Source of the DNA: Callorhinchus milii
Taxonomy: Eukaryota
NCBI RefSeq assembly: GCF_018977255.1
Contig: NW_024704758.1
Coordinates: 13,888,001-13,952,000, forward strand
DNA length: 64,000 bases
Reading direction: 5' to 3'
Shown one piece after another: positions 12,701-24,732 of the stretch. The notes below the pieces were generated by a model that was not told the origin of the DNA, did no database searches, and was given only the letters and a program-made list of their open reading frames with translations. Positions within the stretch are counted from its first letter, which is position 1. The number at the start of each line of letters is the position of its first letter. A program made the position numbers and the translations under genes.

Positions 12701-13349
12701 GTCTAAATTCACATTGCAGTTATTTCATCCACGATCTCTTTGCAAAACGTCTGGTTTAACAAATTGACACATCGTCCCTTGATTCTGGTGAAATCCACAT
12801 CCAGGGTGTATTAAACGAATTTACACTCATCTTTTTTCCAACAGCTTATCTGGGATATTTTTGTATGTAATTAGCAAATGTCAGAAATAATTAGTTTGAG
12901 GTTTAACCGTTTGGGCTTCCTGATAGCCTAAATCCTGAGGTGAGAAGTTACTCGTATTTTTCATTGGATTTCTTTAAATATGTTGCTGCCACTTTTCTTT
13001 CCCCTTCCCCCCCCCCCCCCCCCCCACCTCTCCTTCCTCAGCTCCCCTCTCCCCAGCCTGGGCTTCCTGAGCACTTTGAGATGTTCTCTCAAAGTGAAAG
13101 GCGCTGTATAAATACAAACTGCTGGCATTATTGTGAAATCTAAAAATGTTGACAGATGCAGTATTTGCAGTGGTATTAATGCCATGGCTTCTGAGATTCC
13201 ACACAGTGCTTTTTCAGAAACGACCGTGACCTTTCTCGTGGGGACTGAGTCTAATTGGAAAAATAATGCGCTATACTGTTGGCAGGATCGTGCAAGCTGA
13301 AGCCATGCCACAGTCTGACGCTACTAAATGTTACTTAGTGGAGTACGTG

Positions 13350-13770
13350 TTAATAATAATAATAATAATCCTTGCATTTGATACAGCGCTTTTCACGTCT
13401 TCTAGAACTCCCAAAGCGCTTCACAGGATATACTGTAAAGTGAATTGACTGTATACATATATATAGTGTTGACACGAACACTAAAATAGTCACTGGTAAG
13501 AGAAGGCTTCCTGTTGTGCACACAAACCTTGAGTTAATTGTTGCCTTCAATCTTTATTTCCTGCTAATCCTTTCGTAACAGTAATAAAAGATTTTAAGTG
13601 AGTGCTCAATTGTACTTTTTAATGTATAAAATGTTTGCATGCTTCAAATTAACAAATCTAATAATAATAATCCTTGCATTTGATATAGAGCCTTAGCACG
13701 TCTTCAAGGCATCTCAAAGCGCTTTGCAGAATGTACTGTAAAGTGAATTAACTGTGTATTTTATGGGCAA
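13350..13770 (-). mobile_element. Two SINE tails (13350-13455 and 13660-13770)
   Basis: (AAT)nCCTTGCATTTGATA.AG occurs twice. Confidence 0.85.
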
Positions 13771-14519
13771 AGTACAATGTTCCCAGCTAGAATCCTGGAG
13801 AACAGCACCATGATAGGCAACTGCAGCTTCCACTTGTGTGGAATTTTACAGGTTGCTGTATTATAGAACAAAAATGTTAAATAGTCGTGTCACCCTTGAA
13901 AACGAATTCATTTTGAAACAAGGCAATCACTTGATTTTATTGTTACACTGAGCATTCTTGGATTGTTAGTTGATTTTAATGCAGCACCTATAATGTTGAC
14001 ATGCCTCAAAACAGCTCACGGTGAATTAGCTGTCAAGTGGAGTGACTGTGTGTTTGAAGGCAAACGCGGCAACCAATTTATGATTGAATAACACCGTGGG
14101 AAGAAAAACGCTTGTATGTGAGCTGTGTGGCATCACATTTTTCATCCCCATATACTTGAGTAATGGATATAGACCGTTGTCCTCTGGCAATCTGCCCTCT
14201 TTTCAACTGATGGGTCCACTGTGATTAGTTACGTGTATGATAATGTTTGCACCGCACTGCAAAAATTAGTATTCAATAGGATTTTTTTTCTTTCTCTCAT
14301 CGACCACGTGATGAATTAAACTTGCCACACATAAAAAAATCTTGACAGTGAAAAATTGGAACGTTGCTCAAGAGTTGGGGCAGTTTTGAGTCTCTCATTT
14401 TGTATCATTCTCAGGGGTGGGGTGATAATAGCGGTCATTGCATTGTGCTTCTGAATCTGCAGGATTTATGCACTGCCGCACGGAAATATCAATCACAGCG
14501 TAAATCAGGAGGCTTGTCA

Positions 14520-14810
14520 AAGTGTCACGCTGTTAGGGGGATGGAAAGCGTCACGCTCCTTCAACAATTACAGAGGCCGCAAAGCGGTGACGGCTGTAGA
14601 ACTCCCGAGTGTAACTTGTCTGGGTGTTATCAATCCGGTTTACCGGTGGTCACAAGTCCGCAAAACACAAATTGCCCCGTTATTTGTCATTAACGATACG
14701 TAGCCTGGCCAATCAGTTTGGAGAGGTTGACATTATAACTACCAAACGAAAGAGAAAGACACAGTAGCACGCCCCCCTACACACGTTGAAAATAGGCTTC
14801 TAAGTAAGTG
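14520..14810 (+). promoter_or_regulatory. Promoter- or enhancer-like CpG-enriched patch
   Basis: Elevated CpG; GGCCAATCAG (14707), CACGCCCCC (14768), splice donor-like AA|GTAAGT (14804). Confidence 0.35.
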
Positions 14811-15744
14811 GCTGTGAGTTAGTGCGAAAGGTTATTAGAAACTGTCGATCCTTTTTCCTCTCAGTACACTGCTGCATAACAACGGATGGGGGGGTGGTGG
14901 GGTTTGGGGAGAACAACCCTCTCTTTATTCTGAAAACGCTACACGTTACAGCTTTGCTGCTGCAGTATTTGAGAGCAATAGGAACAGCGTTCTTTGTGTC
15001 TTTAGTCTCTCCCTGATTGGCATATGCTGCAGTTTAGGAAAGTACAAGTCCTTGGCTGGTGATGTGTTTGAGTTTTGACAGATACTTGTTAGTACATCGC
15101 GTATGCTTAAAGGACACCTTTTTCCTGTTCTAAATGTATTTGATTTGCATAACATGAATTCCAGTCATTCAAATAGGTGACCTGGGGTGACTGTATGTAA
15201 TAAGGGACCTTCATTTATATGAAGGATTGCACATATGGTACAGAATTAACTGCAGTGTTCAAACAGCCTTCTCGTACTGGCTTCCAGTGTTCCTTTTGCA
15301 ATGCACTCGGAAAGGAAACGTTTCACTTGATGGCATAAAGGCTATTCACTATGTTTTGTCTGGTTATATAACATGCATGATGGTTGTTTGCACCATTTTG
15401 TTTGATTATGCTGTTACATACTCACCTATAAAATAATTTGAATGGTCCAGAACATTTACGTGAAAGAAACCGTTGCCAAATGCTGCTGGTAACCTCATGA
15501 GATGTAATAAAACATTATTAATGGACGGTGTAGGGAAAAGAGTGTTCAGATCAAAGTGCCAGGACTGTCAGTATATAAGTAATGCGTTTGAAGTGCCTGA
15601 CTCTCGCAATAAAAACCTTTCAATATATTCTTGGGGGAAAAAAACGTAAGATGGCCAATTATTTTTCTAATGTTCTCCACATTGGTACACGCCAATAGCA
15701 CATCCTGGTCTGGCCTCTTCTCGTTGTTGTGCGGTTCCAGAGAC

Positions 15745-16025
15745 TCCGGTTGCCCTCTGGTTCCCTGCCCAAGTGGCCATTGGTCATATACGAGTGGCAG
15801 CAGTGAGTGGCAGCAGCTCACTGCCCTCTCCCCACACAGCTGCCAGACACATGCACAAGCAGGAGCGGGGCAGCGCGATAGTGGAACCAAGAGCAGCAAC
15901 CCTGGCTGGTTTTCCTTTCTCAAACCCTGGCAAAGTAAGGGCCAATTTAACCTCCCAGTGCAGCTCTGGCTGAAAGTAACAAACTCAGCATGGACTGCCA
16001 TTCAAACCAACGAGTTCCTGTTCCA
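15745..16025 (-). mobile_element. Old SINE-like family (unnamed); other copies ~4020-4310(+), 6580-6820(-), 38030-38490(-), 46500-46680(+), 58260-58400(+)
   Basis: Copies share degenerate versions of ACTGTCTAGGCTCACACATGAAGAATGGCCACTTGGG and a purine-rich 3' end (CCTTCAGGAGAGGAGG). B-box-like heads are present in the 16000 and 38465 copies. Confidence 0.6.
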
Positions 16026-16121
16026 TAAAACTGCAGCTCTATCCACTACACCACCAGTCCTGACCCCGAACTTTCAATACTTAACAGATGTTTTCTTCTG
16101 GGTGCCACTCATAACCTAACC

Positions 16122-16321
16122 CAGGGTGGTCGAACTGGTGGTCCAGCCCCAACTCCCTCCCTCTCCCCTTCTCCCTCTCCATTTCACTTGACTTCCTCCA
16201 TAACCTGTAAAATATTATGTTTCTGGAAGGAAAACACAATAATATTGCTTATGCAGCCCACAGATATTTCTCAAATTGGGCATCCGGCCCTCACCAGCCA
16301 AATGGTTGGGCCCCACCCCTG
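16122..16321. mobile_element. Non-autonomous hAT (Charlie-like) DNA element
   Basis: Termini CAGGGTGG... and ...CCACCCCTG; subterminal ATCCGGCCC; flanks ACCTAACC and ACCTAGTC form a 6/8 match to an 8-bp target-site duplication. Confidence 0.7.
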
Positions 16322-17479
16322 ACCTAGTCTAGATGCTCCGAGGTGCTGCCCCGGGTGAAGGGGGCTATTTAAATGCAAATAATTTTATTTAAACTCAAGG
16401 CTCTGGTGTAACAATTTACAGCCTGAAATCTATCCATTATTCAAAATGTTGATAAATATTAATTGAGCAGCAAACATATGCGTTCCAGTTTTAGTTTTCA
16501 ATATTTGCTTTGATGCATTTTCATTAGCAAACCGTGCCTTTCGCTAAATAGAAAAGCTTGATTTCTATAATTTAGGGAACTAGTTAGCGGACTTTATATG
16601 CAAATAGCAAGATTTGCATCAGTTTGTTTTGCTAAATAAAGGTTAATTTTCCCCTTTGAAATTCCAACAAAGGACTCGAGATTAAAATTAATAGATAATT
16701 ATTTTAATAATGCAGAATTTCCTTATTCTGTATTCCTCATAAATTATAATTACACATTGACTTTCAGTCTATTAATCAATATGGATTGTGTGCTTACCCA
16801 CACTGATGCCATATTGGCTGTCAGAACAATAGAACATGATGGAATAGTGCGGGGAATTGGAGTTTGTCTTAGTCATGGCAAAGACATTATCAGGATTTAT
16901 ATTGGATGTTCTATATCGTGACTTGTCCTTGCAAGCCAGCTATAGACACCTGTCTTCGATTTATTTCTCAAATCATCCACATATTAATTGCGGAGGCAAA
17001 TTGGGGTAAGGATTAAAATGGAAGAATCTGTATCGAAGGAAAACAATGAAACATGACTCTGAGTTGCAATTATACCCCCAAAAAATAGAACTGTGACAGG
17101 CTGTATTAATGATGTTCTAATATCAAGATTTATTCGTTGTATAACTGGACTGCTTCCAAAAGTATAGCACATCATTTCTCAAGCAGTATATGCAATCTAG
17201 TCACTACCCAGTATAGCACAATGCTGTCCTTTTTCCTCTGGGGTAGATAACTTTATGAGGGGATCTCACTGAGTTTCGCAAAATTCTGAAGAGATTTGTA
17301 ACTTTCAATGGAGGTGAGCATCGAGTCAAGAGAAGGGGAAAAGCTGCAACATCCTTAACAGAGGGGCCTGACAACTTAACAGAGCCAAAGAGATAAAACA
17401 CACAGAATTGTGAAGCTCGCATGTGAATGAGTTAGTTGCTTTATGTTTTTTAGCTTTCAAAAATCCCTTCTGGCTGATT

Positions 17480-17668
17480 TGTTTGGTGAGTCTCTACCTC
17501 CCTCCCCGCCTTCAAAGCCCGCCTAAAGCCCTTCCTTTTTGATCGTGCTTACGGTCACCTCCCCCCTCCCTCTTCCGCTGGCTCAACGTCGGACTCCGCC
17601 ACTGTCTAGCGCTCTGGAACGCTACACCATGTGAAGCGTGCTATATAAATGCAAGTTGTTGTTGTTGA
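17480..17668 (+). mobile_element. L2 3' end
   Basis: CCTTCAAAGCCCGCCTAAAGCCCTTCCTTTTTGATCGTGC (FKARLKPFLFD), then tail GTGAAGCGTGCTATATAAATGCAA(GTT)n. Confidence 0.85.
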
Positions 17669-19569
17669 ATGAAACTATGCAACCCTTCAATGGAGATTGT
17701 GTACACACACACACACACTTACGTTATGAATCTCCCAAACCTGAGCAGTATTGTACTGGAGAGAACATTTTTCTTGAAAACAGGTTGTGTGTACAATACA
17801 TCTTCCCATGGATGTCATCTATCAGTACTTTGTGAGATCTCTGCAGATTTATGACAACAGTGAACAGGCTTGCTCTAATTTATAAACAGGCATTCTGCCA
17901 ACATCTCATTTTGGCTGCTGTTACCTTATGCTGTTCCTTCCTTAACTATGATTATTTCATACAGTGAAAAAAAATGGAATATGTGGGATTATATAAAGAA
18001 GCAGGGATTGCCTTACTGGATTACATTACTGGGGTCTAGATTATGATCTATTACTGAAAAAATATTTGTTAATGGTAATATAATTGAACACTATGACAGT
18101 TGCAGTGAATGACCAAAATTACTTTGAATAAATACTTTAATAGAGAAATATATTGAAGCTTTGGAGGGGGAAAATGCAGTTACAGGCAATACAGGAAATA
18201 AAGAGCTTTTTCCCCAAAATAGTTTCAAGCTCAGAAACCATCGCATTTTCTGAATATCTGTAAGCTGCATCCCCTCCCCAAGTGGAAGAGGCTATCGCCT
18301 CAGTTTCCTTTGAGAGTGGGTTCTTCATGGCAATTCCTATTGATTTTAACTGTAAAAGTGACATGAGTTGTCTCGTTGATAATAATCCATGATTCTGTCA
18401 ATTAACAGGTTGTTCAATTGGAACAAGATTTAACAATAGTTTCAGACTCTCATTTATTCTGCCAGCTACCCTTGTTTCATTTTGATTTTTATTAAACCTG
18501 CCTCGTTATCTCCATTTCATTGGCTTTAGTTGGCCGAATCAGAATTGCGGATTGAGCAGCGCTAAGTAAAAAGGTTACAGCAAATGTAAGAATTGATTTC
18601 TGGTGCTTTTTCGGCTGACATTTGTGAACACTCCTAATTTGATTGTTGTTTGTAGACTTGTAACCTGTCCTCACTGATCTCACCAAAGACCAAAGCCTCC
18701 CATAATTATTAATCACCGTTGTAATTATAGTACAACATTGCCAATAATCACTGTGGTACACAACTTGTTTTCCATAATGATATGGTCATGAAGTTAACTC
18801 TCCCGAATGCTCTCCTTAGTACAGAGTGCGATAACTAATAGCTATTTTTTTCACTACTTTTGTAATTGATGGTACTCCCAATCCAGTCAAAACATCTCTG
18901 TGTGGGGGATGCAATCTTTGAACAAGCTTTATCATTGCGAGTGATGTATTTTACCTGTACAGTCGTTAATTTCAGTTGCAGATACAGACCAAGTTACATG
19001 TAGTACTATGTCCTTTTGGGTACCTCCAATAAAACTTAAATGTCATACAGTAGTAATAATGCCTTCAGCTTGATATGGCTTTGATTCATGACTTTTTTCC
19101 TGATGAAATTGAAAGAGTTCCCAACACCACTGTTATGGTAGAGAACGTTACACTGTGGTTTGTAGAAAGGGCTACATTCCTTGTCACTGGTATCCATTAG
19201 GAATATAATTGGGGATTTCAGACATGATAAAATAACCCCTAAAAGGAGTAAGGTCATACATATACATACAGTATTAACAGAAGCAGCAATGTGTCTGCTT
19301 TATCGTTAATGGGACAAATTACTCTATGGATGATTCCACTTACACCCCTGACTCATAGTTAGTTGAAGCAGTTTTAATATATATACATTGTCAGATTTGA
19401 AGTGAAAGGATTAGTTTATTCTCAAATGTTCAGAAAATATATATATATTTCATTATGAATTCTGATTTTAATCTTTGTTGCCTTGTGCCTTCTTTGAGTT
19501 ATCCATCAATTCATTGAATTCAATCCATTTTGATTTCAATGACCGTAAAATTTGTCGTTCAATTCATGG

Positions 19570-19880
19570 CAGCCTTTGGGACTATGCCATTTTGCATATT
19601 CACTGCACGATAATGCACAGTCACTATACCTTACAGTAAATTCTATGAATTGCTTTGAGATGTTCTCATGAAAGGCACTCTGTCAAATGCAAGGATTATT
19701 TTCTTTTTGACTTTTACCATTTAAAGTGATCAAACTTAAACTTGACTTAATTGGCTGCTGCGTTTCATCCACAAAATATACAGTCAATTCACTTTACAAT
19801 ATATTCTGTGAAGCGCTTTGAGACGTCTCCTGGATGTGAGAAGACGCTATATCAAATGCAAGGATTATTATTGTTATTAT
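19570..19880 (+). mobile_element. Two tandem SINE 3' fragments
   Basis: Two CAAATGCAAGGATTATT tails, at ~19685 and ~19853. Confidence 0.8.
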
Positions 19881-20077
19881 TTGACAATCAATAATAATAA
19901 TCCCTCTGATTTCTGCAATGTTCCCTTAATTTCAGCTTTTTTTAATTTTATTGGTGATGTTTTAAATTATATTCCATAAAGAAGCACTTAACGACCATTC
20001 TACAATACTTTTGTGCATGAGTCATGGTTAATTTAAAATTATAATAGTGTATTTTAACTGGGATATCAATTGCAAGG

Positions 20078-20112
20078 ATTATTATTATATATATATATAT
20101 ATATAACATATA
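20078..20112. repeat. (TA)n microsatellite at the end of a SINE tail
   Basis: GCAAGGATTATTATTATATATATATATATATATAAC. Confidence 0.9.
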
Positions 20113-21129
20113 ATATGCCACCTCCCCACCACCACTTTGGTATGTACAGCTCCTGCCTTCACACTCAATCCACAAGCCTAAAAGCTCTGTGAATGTTACA
20201 CTGTTGTTAGTGCGTGTGTGAGTGCAATGTAAAACTGACTGCCAAATATGTAATGCACGTTGAGATGGGTGCGGGGGGAAGGCAGGAGGGCAAAGTGTCT
20301 CATTTACAATGAAAATAGAAATTAGTCAGAATGTCAAAAGTGCACGATTATTTTGGAGGCTGCCATGAATATACCAACACAAAATTGAGTTCCCAGAGAG
20401 TGTGGGTATTTTTTTTCCTGAAAGGATGAATACTATTTGCTAAGACCACAATCAGTTCTGTAACGTTCTACATAAACATTATTTAACCTTGCGCTGAAAT
20501 GATTTGTAACGACTGTGTAATTTTCTACCATCTCCGACCCCCCCAAAAAATATGACACTGTGTAAAATGTAATAGAGAGCCACGATTGGAGATGGCCCTT
20601 ATGCATGAGTGGATATTTTTGAAGAATATCTGAGAATATCTTTCCCCTCCTCCCCACCCCACTCCTAGCTTGGGTACCTAACCGCTATTTTCGAGCGCTT
20701 TGAGACGTCCTTCTGATGTGAAAGGTGCTATATAAGTGCAAATTGTATTGTATTTTATAGTATGCCTGCAATTCTTTTCAATATCTATTTTTACAATTCT
20801 GGGCAAATACAAAAAAATGCAGAAAGACTGCACAAGCCCACAAAGGGATTGAGCGAGCAGAGCTTCAACTGAAATACACAGGAGAGTCTGGGATTCATCT
20901 CCAGCCTGGCAGGAATGTCAAATTCTCTGACTATGATGTTTGAGTCCTTGCTATGCTCCAGATTAATATCTAGTGCTCTCTGGGCTGTTCGCAAGGTCGA
21001 TTTAAAAAGCTCTGCTGGTTCAGTTAACCAGAAACTACCGATAACACTGACAGGTGTCACTGCACTTCACTCATCTCACTGTCATTTCACAAGATCACAC
21101 ATGATCACCGCAAGGGTTTGGATGAAGAA

Positions 21130-21400
21130 AGCTCTGCAGCCCATTTGATTTTGTCCTTCCAGAAAACCCACCCACCCTTCCATCCTCATACCGCAGTAAG
21201 GAGCTGTTTTTCAAATGAGTCCAGCATTCAGGCCTCAGACACCCTTCGCCCCTGCTGGCAACCTGTTCCATTTGTTAATTACCCTCTGAGTAAAGAAATA
21301 CTTCCAGGTATATGCCCTCAAATTGTCCTTTGCAATCCTCAACCCATGTCCCCTTGATCTATGTCTCAGTGCATCCAAAAGTTGCTGAACTAGTTGTTTT
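21130..21400 (-). mobile_element. Degenerate CR1 3' fragment
   Basis: CTGGCAACCTGTTCCATTTGTTAATTACCCTCTGAGTAAAGAAATA is the antisense of a YFFTQRVINKWNRLP motif. Confidence 0.75.
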
Positions 21401-21414
21401 CCTCCTCAAATGAG

Positions 21415-21810
21415 AATAATCCTTGCATTTGATAAAGGGCCTTATCATTATTGAAACATCGCCAAGTGCTTTACAGAGTTTTTTTGCGAAGTGTAGTGAC
21501 TGCATATTGTCAGCAAATGTGACAGTCAATTCTTGCACAATAATATTCCACAAACGACAATGAAGTGAATGATTTTTTTTTGTCTGAGGAATGGATGGCC
21601 AGGACACCATGCGCAATTGTGCTCAGTAAGGATAGGATACCTTGGGATACTGGTTGCTACTGTCCAAAATTATCTTGTTGAATAGCACCATAGGATCTTT
21701 AAAGTGACCACAATAGACAGATGGGACTTCAGTTTGAAGTACATTAGAGTGTCCGCATGGACTTAGTTCAAAATCCCAATGCGGGGCTTGAACCCACAAC
21801 CTTCGGGCTC
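21415..21810 (-). mobile_element. Degenerate Deu-SINE
   Basis: Antisense tail at 21415 and antisense B-box GGGGCTTGAACCCACAACCTTC at ~21785. Confidence 0.8.
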
Positions 21811-23391
21811 ATAAATAATAATGTCATAGGTCTTGCAAACACTGAATGTAATGTGTTAATGATTCACAGGTACTAATTCCCTGCTGTACTCTCCGATAGT
21901 TCCTTATCTTGGAGGGCGGTGTATGCATTTTTATGCAGCCCATTCCATTTTGCAACACGCTGAACTATTTTCTAACTTGGTCTAAAAGGCAATTTGTTCA
22001 AATCAGCATTTTTTTTTATTCTGCATTTATTAAACTTAGAACAGTGAATGCTGTGTGTGCTGAAATCCTTCCTGAGCTTTTTTTTATCTCGTATTTTTAC
22101 GTTACTGTTTGCAGAAAAGGAAATCGTGGTGGGCTTTGGCAAACAAAAGACATAATTGTATGAATTTTTCCTTGTGGTATTAATAAAATGTTTTTTTTTT
22201 AATTTGCCGCATCATTCACCTACACCTACACAGTCAACGTACTTCACAGTAAAATCCTGCCAAGTACTTGGAAACATATTGATGACGGCATAAGGCGTTA
22301 TATCAAATGCAAGGATTATTATAATTATCATATTTGAAAACCTCATAAAATATCATAGGATATGGGTAGCTATCGTACAAAAATGGGTTAGCTCACACAG
22401 ACAGGAATTTCTTTTAACCTGCAATCCGTTTAAGTGCTAACAACAGTTTGCTTTTATATAGTGCCATACTCAAGGGGTAGGCAGTATATAGGAACCATTA
22501 GTAGAGTTGGAGAGCAATGTCAAATTTCTGACAAAATCATTCAAGCTGCAGTCTCAGGGGGTCGATCATCAGCTGAGGTCTGTGCCATGGTGAGACGTTG
22601 TAATGTCTCCCAGCCAATGTCTCCCTATTCCTAGGGCTGGTGCCTCTGCTTTGCTGCACTGCCAAACCTTTACGTCAATTTTCCTGGGTCAAGGAGGGAT
22701 GGTGGCTGTGTGGGGGAGGGGGAAGGAGAACAAGAACTGCATTGCTGCAGGAAAGGCGAAAAGTCTCCTTCTGTCTCGCACCTTAATTCTATTTCAATAT
22801 CTTTGAAATCTCAGCCAACAGAGGAGAAAAGTGGCTGTTTTGCTCTCCACCCCACAAGTGCGATGGTCTTGGCTTGTTGTGTGCCAAACGTTATCTCTGA
22901 TCTAATTTGTTATTCTGCAGTAGAGTGCAGTAGAGTTGCTCAAGTCTCCATTACTATCTGGAACCCAAATCTTTCTTTTAAATCTCATTAGAATACCTAT
23001 TATGGTCTTCTGCCAATAAAGCCCCCATTTCATTTTCATCCCGTTTTTTTTTGCTGATGGAATCTAAAGGATACCTAGTTGATCAGCAGCAATTGGAATG
23101 GTTACATTATTGATTCAAATTTATTCCAAAATGTTTCTAATTTGCATCACTTACACGATGTGATTTAATTTTTAAGTACATGTTTATTCAAATTGAATCT
23201 TAATTAATAGCTTTCATGTAAATCAGGCTGCGAAGTATTGCTGAGCTTCTGAGTGCATCATCTACCAATCAGTGCTTTTAATATTGTGTAACTGCTTGAA
23301 GCAGACACTGCAGTAATGATTTAGGAAGACAGAGCCAATAGACTGCTGCTCAGATGATCAAAGGAAGATTCCCTAAATCCTTGAATAAAAT

Positions 23392-23545
23392 AAATAATCC
23401 TTACATTTGATAGAGCGCCTTTCGCGTTATCTCAAAGTGCTTTGCAGGATATACTGTCAATTTGAATGAAATTTTTTTGGGTGAAAACACCAGCCAATAT
23501 ATACATACAGCAGTATCCAAAAACAGCCATGAAATGAAGATACAA
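23392..23545 (-). mobile_element. SINE 3' half, followed by an antisense L2 remnant to ~23645
   Basis: AATAATCCTTACATTTGATAGAGCGCC...; GGGGAGAGAGTTCCAGAG is antisense LWNSLP. Confidence 0.75.
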
Positions 23546-23646
23546 TAGTTTTTTTATAAAGATTTTGAAAGCAGTGAGGGAGGGTATGGGATAGGGGGAT
23601 TTGGGGAGAGAGTTCCAGAGAATGTGAGGATAGTGGCTGAAAGGCT

Positions 23647-24168
23647 GAAGGATGTACTTACCTTGGAGGGGGTGCAGCGTAGATTTACTGGGTTAGTACC
23701 AGGGATGAAGGGGATGAGTTACGAGGATAGGCTGACCAATTTGGGCCTATATTCTCTGGAATATAGAAGAATTAGAGGGGATATAATAGAAACCTATAAG
23801 ATCATCAAAGGGCATGATAGAGTAGATAGTGGGAGATTGTTTCCCCCGGTTGGAGAAACTGAAACCAGGGGTCACAACCTTAAAATCAGAGGACAGCCCT
23901 TTCGTGCTGAGTTGAGGAAGAACTTCTTCACTCAAAGGGTGGTGAATGTGTGGAACTCACTATCCCAAAGGGCTGTTGACGCTCAGTCTTGAACATATTC
24001 AAGACTGAGATAGATAGATTTCTTATTGAAAAAGGGATTAAGGGATATGGGGATAAGGCAGGTCAGGTTATTAGCTGGAGTTAGATTAGAAGATCAGCCA
24101 CGATTGAATGGCGAGGCAGAGGCTCGAAGAGCCGAATGGCCTACTCCTGCTCCTACATGTTATGTTCT
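23647..24168 (+). mobile_element. CR1 LINE, 5'-truncated 3' end (ORF2 C-terminus plus 3' UTR)
   Basis: Translates as KDVLTLEGVQRRFT...LGLYSLEYRRIRGDIIETYKI...TRGHNLK...FFTQRVVNVWNSL. After a 1-nt frameshift near 23990 it continues NIFKTEIDRFL. The 3' UTR ends GCCGAATGGCCTACTCCTGCTCCTA...TTATGTTCT. Confidence 0.95.
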
Positions 24169-24732
24169 GAAAGAGGTGAGGTTCATGACATTTCATTTGG
24201 AAGTGACCAGGTGAAGTGAACTACAACGGTCTTTTCCAATCCTAGATGTTTCTACATACTTTATGTACCATTGGAAAATAACAAAAACAATAAGAAAACT
24301 GGCTACCAATTTAATAGCATTGTATTTAATTGGTCGCAGTGGAAGAGCATAAATGGTGTCTAAGTATTTGCTCTAATTCCATATAGCTTATGTACGTAAA
24401 AATCATTATACATTGCTGCATTATCTACCCCAGGCTGTCCCTGCTTCTCACCAAGCAATGCAAAGGCAGACAGCTGGAAATCTGCCACTGTGGGCAATGA
24501 GGAACCAAAATCTTTCAGCAATGATAGCGCATGGCAAGAATTGGGAACAAAGCATGAATATCTCCTGAAAGTTGTCCCACATTTCCAAATTCTAACCTCG
24601 CAAAACTTTAACATGGTGAAGAGAGAGGGCTCCAAAACTTTTCGTGCTATCTGATTTGTGATATGGCCTCAGAGAGAGGTGGCTGGGAATGACTTGACAA
24701 GTGGCAGATGTTTATGCTTTTGGAATAGAAAT

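Noticed and set aside
15631-16119. 162-aa ORF with a signal-peptide-like start
   Set aside because: It starts at TTG and overlaps an antisense SINE-like copy; no recognisable domain.
10820-20990. Faint similarity between 10820-10930 and 20855-20990
   Set aside because: Only scattered short words match; I cannot establish homology by eye.
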